From Camelus dromedarius (Eukaryota), in NCBI RefSeq assembly GCF_036321535.1, contig NC_087447.1, positions 39,186,001-39,250,000 of the forward strand: a DNA stretch of 64,000 bases. The letters run 5' to 3'. Every line of letters starts with the position of its first letter. The first letter of the stretch is position 1. Position numbers and translations under genes: made by a program. A model generated the notes under the pieces. That model was not told the origin of the DNA and did not search any database. It saw only the letters and a list, made by a program, of their open reading frames with translations. Positions 12,788 to 21,051 of the stretch are shown one piece after another.

Positions 12788-12879
12788 ATATTACTCATAG
12801 CATCTCCTAGTGGGCATCTGACCTCCAGCCACTGTGCTCCCCAAATTCAACCTGTGAACTTCAGCAGAAAGGACATCTG
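12788..12879 (-). other. BMAL1: Alternative exon with internal ATG (12798), BMAL1a-type start ATG AGT AAT AT; 5' boundary uncertain (12879, 12876 or 12851)
   Basis: ...CCCACTAGGAGATGCT ATG AGT AAT AT|gtaagtg; splicing to 11416 gives MSNM-ESMDTDK, matching my recollection of human BMAL1a MINI-ESMDTDK. Confidence 0.75.
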
Positions 12880-13074
12880 CTGTAGGGGGGGCGGTTCTTC
12901 CTTGGAGATTTTCCCTCATTAAACAGAAGAAAACCTCTCAAATGGACATCTGGGTAAGATACCACACAGTTGCCTCAACAAAACAAAACGTGCCTTTGGG
13001 TGTTCCACTGTCTTATTCCCTAGGTGTTTGTACAGATACAGAGGAGTTGACTGTAAGTGTGAAAGTTCACTTAC

Positions 13075-13095
13075 TCAAAAGAAAAGCCATCAAGT
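13075..13095 (-). CDS. BMAL1: 21-nt alternative micro-exon, frame-preserving, inserts LDGFSFE
   Basis: tttcatttcttcttag|A CTT GAT GGC TTT TCT TTT GA|gtaagt; phase 2-2, matching the flanking exons; resembles the LDDFAFE insert I recall in the long mouse Bmal1 isoform. Confidence 0.85.
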
Positions 13096-13613
13096 CTAAG
13101 AAGAAATGAAAGTACTATTTAATGTAACAGGTATACACTAATTTAAATGTTTCAAGGACAGAATCACTGTTCCTATTACTATTACTGTTTCTGGAGATGA
13201 CCTCTACTTATTTACTCCACAAACATTAATGAAGCAAGACAGGCCCTCAGGCAAAGCTCTCTCTGAAACCACGGAAGTGACATCCATGGACTTGGCCATC
13301 TTGCTCAAAGGAGTAAAAGAAAATGAAGAAAGGGGTAGAAGGCGGTACTTGTCTTTAAGGCTGTTCTTTTTCCCTCCTTGGGGAAAGGAGGGGAAGTAAA
13401 TGCCTCTGCAGTACTGGAGGCTCCCCACTGCTTGCAATCCAGGGGGAAGGTAAAGGAAAAAACAACTGTGGGACCACCTGGAATCGGCTCGTTCATTCCC
13501 GTCCCTTTCCACAGTGGGATGCCTTCTTCCAGGAGTGACAGTAGCTGGCCCCTAGGTATTCATGCCCATGAGCTGACATGAGCTTAGCCAGAGGAAGAGC
13601 CTAAAGGTCTTAC

Positions 13614-13753
13614 TGGTAGTCGGTGGAGCTGCCCTTGCGTTTGCGGTTGCAATCCACGCCACTGGTACCCAGAGGGCTGGAGAGGAGGTCGGTGGCTCCC
13701 GGCGACATGAAGTCACTGATTGTTGAAGAAATGTCCATTCTCTGGTCGGCCAT
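13614..13753 (-). CDS. BMAL1: BMAL1 first coding exon (aa 1-46 plus 2 nt of Q47); exon starts at 13760 with 7 nt of UTR
   Basis: aattccag|ACCTCCA-ATG GCC GAC CAG...GAC TAC CA|gtaag; encodes MADQRMDISSTISDFMSPGATDLLSSPLGTSGVDCNRKRKGSSTDY, including the RKRK NLS-type motif. Confidence 0.97.
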
Positions 13754-14431
13754 TGGAGGTCTGGAATTGGCACAAGGAGGCACAGAGGCATTTATTTCTA
13801 TGGGCTTTTCTCAAGTGGAGGAGAACCAGGGTGGCACTGTGGAGGGATGGGGGACTTGATTCCAGCACCAACATCTGTCTGACCCAGCCAACCAGAACAG
13901 GGGCGTGGCAGAGCAGGAAGGAGCATCCTGCTTACCCTAGGAGTTATTATAGGCCATTCAGGCTCACCCACTCATTTTTCTGATGAAGATACAAAGCTTG
14001 GAGAAACTGGATGGCTCCTCCTATGTTCCCGAGCCACGGGGGTGGAAAGCTAACCCCAAATCCAAAGCTCTAGGCATTACAGCCCTGTGTTCCTCCCACT
14101 GAGAGGACCAAGTGTCCCAGATGTTGACAGTCCTAATTTAATTTTCTTGTAATCAAATCCAGCCAGTGAGATAAATATGACCTACTCGTTATCTTTGTAT
14201 TTTTATTACAAATTTTATCAGAGTTGGAGGAAAACGGAAAATATCCTTTCTCAAACTCTAAGTCCCACTTGGGAGTCAGGAAAAGTGGTCCGTCTCCATC
14301 ACTGGCCCAGGCCAAATCTGTCCCGTTTTCCCAACTGTCCTTTTGTACTCAGGATTCCACTACAAGGAAAACCTTGCGTAATGAAGACCTTGTAAACAAA
14401 CTTGCAAAACATTTTGAAAATTAATATTTTA

Positions 14432-14640
14432 TTTTATTTTTAAACCTTTATTTTTCTTACTCATTTTTTTTAAAGCCCAGTATTTTATCCTTGTTTTTTT
14501 GGGGGGGGGAGTGGGGAGGGAGGTAATTAGGTTTATTTATTTGTTATTATTTTTCAATGGAGGTACTGGGGATTGAACCCAGGACCTTGTGCATGCTAAG
14601 CACGCACTCTACCACTGAGCTACACCCTCCCACCGAAGAG
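14432..14640 (-). mobile_element. tRNA-Ala-derived SINE (camelid Vic-1 type) with long A/C-rich tail
   Basis: Minus strand gggagggtgtagctcagtggtagagtgcgtgcttagcatgcacaaggtcctgggttcaatccccagtacctcca (14558-14631); 13-bp TSD aattaatatttta at 14419-14431 and 14641-14653. Confidence 0.9.
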
Positions 14641-15599
14641 AATTAATATTTTAAAAGCACAAAGAAAGCTTCCCCAAAAGAGAGGATGGTTAAGTACCTA
14701 GTAAGGGACTCCGACTCCAAGCCCAGTTGAAGAGGGCCGTGCACTGCCCACCGTCGGGGTCTGAGCTCCACGCGACGTGACTAGGGCTGTCACTCCCTCT
14801 CTCTGGGCCCGAGTTTCCTCATCTACAAAGTGAGAGGTGAGTGTGAGCTCTGTTTCCATTGTTCCTACCGTGCCCACTGATTAGTGACCCAAGCCCTCCG
14901 GGCTAGGCATGTACTAGGTTTTCACTCTTATAGCCACTGCCGAAATGCACATCTTTGTGCATGTAGCTCCATGCATTTGAGCTATTATCTCTCAGGATAA
15001 TTTCTCAAAGTAGGACTGACGGGTCTAAAGGGGATGCACATTGCACGTTTTGGTAAATACTGAAACACCATGCTCCCAAAATGCATCAATTTATATCCCC
15101 AGTAAGAGCTCTTGTCAATCTAAAGGAAGAAACAAAATCTGTTTTTAAAATTAATCAATAGTTGATTAATTCTTAAATCCATGCTTTCCTCAGATTATCA
15201 AATAAACTAATTTTTTTCCATTACAAAGTAGCATTTAAGAACAAAATTACAGGTTTTCCATTATTTCTTAGGATATATGCCCATAAGCAAAATTATAGTA
15301 AAACTTTGCTGATACATAGCAACTATACATATTTTTAGTTTTATTAAAACCTCACTATTTTTATTATATTTTAAAATTATCATGGATGGTGTTCCTACGT
15401 TTATAGGCATTTCTTGGTTTTCCTTGGTGCCCAAGCATGTCCTGTCTTCCTATCATATTGCTTTCGTATTGACAGGCCTCCTAACTCATGTTCACCTGGG
15501 CACCTGCATGTGGTGGGAGAAAAGCACCCAACGATCATTGACCCTCCTGCCCCCTTTATTCTCCTGCTCTGCTATGGGCAGTCACACTTTCTCTTTCCT

Positions 15600-16910
15600 C
15601 CTCACACCTCCAGCATCTCCCCCGTCCTCACTCTCAGTTGAGAACTTTGCTTTTACTTCACTGAGAGAAGAGGAACCACCTCTACCAGCTCCCTGGATGC
15701 TGCAGGTTAGGCCCCCAGCCCCAGAGCGCGCTGACTCCCTCCTCTCTCACTAGACCAGACCATCGCTTGAGAAGTCTCCCTGCCCCAGTGCCGCACCATC
15801 CATTTCCCGCCTCTGCTGGATCATTCCTGTTAAGATAAGAACACGCTGCAACAACTCTCAGGGAAAAACTCTTCTGAACTCCATTCCCCTCCAGTTTCTG
15901 CCCCATTTCTGTTTCCAAATGCTTTCCTCTTCCTTGCTATAAATCATCTCAAATCAAGCTTTTGTCCCCATCACTCCAATAAAACAGCCCCTGCTGGGTT
16001 CACCAGTGATCTCCTCACTGCTAAACCCAACGGCAGTTCTCCATTCCCTCCCTACCTGGCCATCAGCAACATCTGACGGAGCAGATCTCTCCATCCTCAC
16101 TGTCTCTCGGCTTCATGGTTCTCCTACTTTGGCGGCCACCCTATTTTGATCTGTTTAGCTGGTTCCCCTCAACTCCTTTACCTCAAGATGAGAGTCCCCC
16201 CAGTGTCCTTGAAACTTCTGACTATACTCTGTCTATATATCCCCAGGAGATCTGTTTAGTTTTACTGCTTCAAATACAATCTATGCTATAACAACTCCCC
16301 TATTTCCATCCACGGACCTCCCCTCAAATTCCAAACTTGTACAACCAACCATCGCCCTGACATTTCCCTTTGAGTACACCAACAGGGACCTCAGACTGAA
16401 ACATCCAAAACCAACCCCTGGCTCTCCCCAAGCCAAGCCTCTCAGACATGCCCAGGTCAGTAAGTGGTGCTGCAATCCTGCTTGTTGCTCAGGCCCCAAA
16501 CCTAGAAGTCACTCCTTGACTGCTTTCTTTCACAGCCTGTATCCAATCCATCAGCAAATCCTATCAGCTCAACATTAAAAAAAAATCCAGCGTTCAACCC
16601 CTCCCCCCTTTTCCTTCATACTTCTGCTCAAATGTCACTGTCGGTGAAGCTTCCCTGAATATGCACAGAATACAACCCCTCACTAACCCTCCCTAACCAC
16701 CCCAGCCCTGCTTAATTTTTTCCCACTGCCTTTGTCAACATGTGGCCTGCAATCGTCCACTTCCTTTATTCCCTGGCTGTCTTCTCCACTAGACTAGAAG
16801 TGTCAGAAGAGCAGGGATTCTGTTTGGCTTACTGCTGGCACCCTTAGTGCCTAGAACACTTTTCAGCAGATAGTAGACACTCAATAAATACATGTTGACT
16901 AAATGAATAA
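15600..16910 (+). mobile_element. LINE-2 3' fragment
   Basis: C/T-rich L2 motifs (caccagtgatctcctcactgctaaaccc, ccaatccatcagcaaatcctatcagctc) ending cactcaataaatacatgttgactaaatgaat. Confidence 0.75.
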
Positions 16911-16914
16911 ATTT

Positions 16915-17430
16915 ATATATTAGGAAGATTAATCTGTTGTCACAGATGTCGTAAATACTTTTCCCCCTTTTTGCCTTTTAACTTTGCTTATGGTGTTTGC
17001 ATGTGATACTAAGTGACATGTTTTACAAAGCTTTCTCACCCCCAAATAACAAAAATATTCTCTTCTTTAATGTTTTTATAATTTTGTTTTTTTTAATTTA
17101 GCTCTTTAATCCACTTGGGGATTATTTCTGGTACACTACCTAAGGTTGGGAATTTATTTCCCTCCAAAGAATAGACAGTTGTCCCAACAACACTTACTAA
17201 GACCACACGTCCCGTTACCAGTCATGCGAAATGCCACCTTGATTGATTTATTTTCTGTTTCTGGACTCCCTATACTGTTCCTTTGATCTACTTATTTCCA
17301 TCCTAATGCCACACAGTTTATGACTGTGGCTTTACAGCACATTTTAATATCTGGTAGAACCACTCCTTTCCCTTTCATTACTCTTCATTTTCAGAAGTTT
17401 TCTGGCCATTCGATGTCTTCTTTGAGGAAT
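16915..17430 (-). mobile_element. Ancient L1 (L1M-type) fragment
   Basis: T-rich with tttagctctttaatccactt, agttgtcccaacaacactta, ttttaatatctggtaga. Confidence 0.55.
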
Positions 17431-17752
17431 ACTGGGTAATCACGTAATCACTTTACAGGCCCTGTTGGGCCCTGCCGTCGCTGTTATTACTACTGACATT
17501 AAGAGAAGTGGGCCAGAAACGAGAACAGAGCCCTAACCTTGGGGTCCTGGTGACCCTTTGGGCTGTATGTCAGACCTGGGGTGCCACCTCTACCCCCACG
17601 TCTTCTTTTTGCATGACCAGACGTTTGCATGTGGTGGAATATTCTAAGTTTCAGGGCTCCTGGAAGAGAACACACTTCCTGAGAGAAGAATCACCATCAG
17701 GGCTGCCAACGCTAGTCCATCTCAGCGGGGGTGGGTGGGGTGGGACTGTTAC

Positions 17753-17881
17753 CTGAAGTTACGGGTCTTAAACCTCAGACCCGCCGTGGGAGAAGCAAGG
17801 GGCCACGGGACTTGCTTGTCACCTCAAAGCGATTTTCATGTTTTGTCTTTTCCTCTCAGGCGGTCAACTTCTTCCAGAAAC
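17753..17881 (-). other. BMAL1: BMAL1 5'UTR exon, 129 nt, preceding the ATG exon
   Basis: ccactgtag|GTTTCTGGAAGAAGTTGACCGCC...AAAACATGAAAATCGCTTTGAGGTGAC...AACTTCAG|gtaaca; resembles the BMAL1 mRNA leader immediately upstream of the start codon as I recall it. Confidence 0.8.
17819..17839 (-). promoter_or_regulatory. Upstream ORF MKIALR* in the 5'UTR exon
   Basis: aaaac ATG AAA ATC GCT TTG AGG TGA; A at -3. Confidence 0.65.
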
Positions 17882-20800
17882 CTACAGTGGGGCCTAGAGG
17901 AAAAGAAATCCCAGACAGGTCACTTTGGAGCAAATAAATTTACACATCTCATGGTAGCTGAGGTAGACAGGGGAGCTGGCTCCTGACTCCCCACCGCTGG
18001 GCGCTGTGTCCTTCAGATGCCTGTTAAACTCAATTGCGAACACGTGAAGGAACCTGGCAGGAGATACTTTCTGTGGAAAACAATGCTACTTAAATGACTA
18101 AGTGTGGATTCTTGGATACAGCCTTGAGAGGAAGAAGATGATGATATTTTTCGTTTCTCCTAATGGGTCGAGCAGTAAGAACAGTGAGCTCTTACTGAGC
18201 ATGTACTTGTGTCAGGCACTGTGCTGGCCACACTATGTAGATTAACTCACTTAGACCTGCAGCAAATAACTGTGAGGTAGGTGCTGCTGCTTTCTTCATC
18301 TTGCTGAGGAGGAGACTGAGGCAGGAGAGGCAAAGAAAGTGGCCGAGGCCACGCGACGGGGCTCCAGGGGCCGTACTCAGCTCTCCCACAAGCCAGGTGA
18401 GTCACCCAAACACACACAATGAGCAACCACAGGAAACAAGTCTTCAGGAAACACTGAGCCAAGACAAAATGCCAGCAGGGCCAATACCTGAAACAGCTGG
18501 GAGTGAGCCAGGATGTTTAAAGAAAGTGTCCCTGAACTCAAGTACCTCTGCTGGAGAAGTCAGGTCTGAAAAGCTGCTCATATTACATTAAAGCTGGGGG
18601 CTGCAGCCCTTCCCACCTCCTGCTGGCGGGACTCAGAGGTCTCCTCTCAGCTCCTGTGAACCCTGCGTCCCCGGAGAAACTGGCTGCACCTGCCCTACTC
18701 CTTCCCTCCTCCGCCTTAGATAGAAGGACTCAGGTTTTATTTCTTTTTGTTTGTTTATTCTTTTCTTTCTCTTGCTTTCTTTTTTTTAGGACTTAGACTT
18801 TAAATGGGGCTTTCCTGACCTTCCTGAAGCAAAAATTCTCGTATTTCACATTTCATTGACGAATTCTTACATCTTGGCTTACCCACCTCTGTTTCAACCA
18901 TTTTAAAGGTCTTGAAATGAATAGCCAAGGATGGAATGGATTGTGTCCTCTGATTTACTCCTCTTTGCAGTCTTATTCAGAAACCCTCACTGTCAGACGC
19001 TGGTAACCAGGTCCGGGCTGGTGCCAACAACGTGACCAGGATTCTGGCCCTCCTGTCCCCAAGCCTCAATAGACACAGCAGTGCACATGGATACAAAGTC
19101 CCCAGGGATGGGCCGCTGTGCGGGAGGTCTACCACAGGGGATCCCATCTAAATCTGATTCCCCATTCAGGTCCCACACTATCCTCCCAGCCCCCAAATTA
19201 GCAACCCAGGATCCTCCCCTGGCGTCCTCCTCTCTCCTTCCCACACCCAAGAGCCCCCACCTGGCACTCTGATCGGCGGGTTTGGCCTCTTCCCTCCATC
19301 CTTTTGTCATCGGCCCCATCACACTGCTCTCCTCTCCAGCCTCGCCCCCCTCCTCACTGGGTTCCAAGGTGGGACACCCCCTTGCTTAAAACAATGGCTT
19401 CACTGCTCTGCCCTGAGCCTTCCAGATGAAATCCCAGATGCCCCAGCAGGAAGCACCAGGCCTCCACAACGGGCAGGCTTACTCTCAGCCCAGCACTGCT
19501 CCTCTCCTGCCGGAGGCGCCAGGCCGCTGAAGCGCTTAAGTTCCCAGGAGCACGTGGCCCTGCAGGTGTGGCTCCCATTACTCCCTCGACCTGCACCTGG
19601 TGAGCTGCGTGCCTTTCAACTGCCCTCAGGTGTCCCCGCAGAGAAGCTTCTGGCTCTCCTCTGCTGTTCCTCCCCCTCCCCTCTCTGGGCCTGGCCCTTG
19701 CCCCGCTGGCAGCGCTGGGGTCTTAGGGTTCAGGGTCTCCCGGTGCCATGCCTCGAATTTTCTCTTGCCCCTACTTCCCTGAAGTTTAGATGAAAGTTCT
19801 AAGGACGAAACGCCATACAAAATTTCTTATTTTGATTGCTTTTCCCGGTACTTAAACTTACTTTATAGAAATAATAAATGCCGACATAGACTTTGGCACT
19901 CCATTTTGCAAAACAAAAATCAGAAGGCTTTTCGTATATGCTTGGACAAGGTAAGAAAGCTGACTTAGCTGTGACCATTATTTCTGGAAAACTGTTTTCT
20001 CTACAAGAAGGTGTTCTTAGACGTAAGGCAATAAATGAAACCACCACCAACAAAAAGGGACAAAAACCTTGTTCTGTGCTAACTACTTCTAAGAGATTTG
20101 AGCAAAGGGAGGCACCCCCAAGAGACCTAAGGTACCTGTGAAAAGGACCCTTGTTGACCGGGAGCTCAGGGCTGGCCCCGGCGCTGTGATCCAAGCGACG
20201 CATGGTGATGACGCCCTCAGGAGAGCCTGGCCTGAGGTCCTGGGGTCGGGGGGGCACACGTGTGCCCACTTCCAAGCTAGAGATTTCCAAAGGTGGGTGG
20301 GAGGCTCTCTGGAAGGCCAGAGAAAGCCAGGCACGTAGGGACCTGGGCAGTGTTCCCGGGAAGAACTTGGGGGCCTCCTCTGTCCCACCTCAGTCCCCTC
20401 GTGCTCCTCGGAGCACAGGGAGAAGATTCTCTGGGGCTCCACACAACGGAGCAAGGCGGCTGGAAGTGATGAGCGTGTCAGCCACTATTAAGCCCCAAAA
20501 GGAGACACAGCTGCTCCTGGGAGACAACAGGGTGAGGCTGAACCACCCTTAAGAAACCCACGTGCACCATCTATAGGCTGATGGCCATAGGAAGACCTCC
20601 AATCACAGACCAGGCGTCTCCCTTGCCTTTCTCTCTTCCCGGCCCCAGCACCCCAGAATGATGAGGAGAGAAAGGGGAGCATGTGGATTGTACTAAGGTT
20701 CAAGTCATCAGCGGCTCCTCTGTGTGAGGAGTCAGGCCTGGGCAAGGGACTCCCCTTGGCCAGTGAATGTGAGCGAGAGGGACAGCGGCAGCTTTAGAAC

Positions 20801-20945
20801 CGCCCTTTACCACGTGCTCCCCAATCTGTGACCAGCGATTCCTGGGTAGAGGCTCCTCCTTGAGCTAAGCTCCTGCACAGATGCAAGCACAGGAAGAAGT
20901 AAACCTGGGTGGCTGTAAGCCCCTGAGATGTTGAGGTTGTTTAAA

Positions 20946-21051
20946 CAGGGTGACTGTCTCCTGTTTACCTCAGACATTCCCATCTTAGCACCAAAAGTCC
21001 TGCATCCTGGGAAGCCCCTTTGTCCCACACAAACCAGGACAGCTGGTCCCT
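20946..21051. mobile_element. MER81/MER94-like hAT-Blackjack MITE
   Basis: cagggtgac...tagcaccaaaagtcctgcatcctgggaagcc...aaaccaggacagctggtccctg with degenerate terminal inverted repeats. Confidence 0.6.

Noticed and set aside
14558..14631. Apparent tRNA-Ala(AGC) genes (also 2492-2565)
   Set aside because: A-rich tails and 13-bp TSDs show retroposed SINEs, and the 5' ends deviate from a true acceptor stem.
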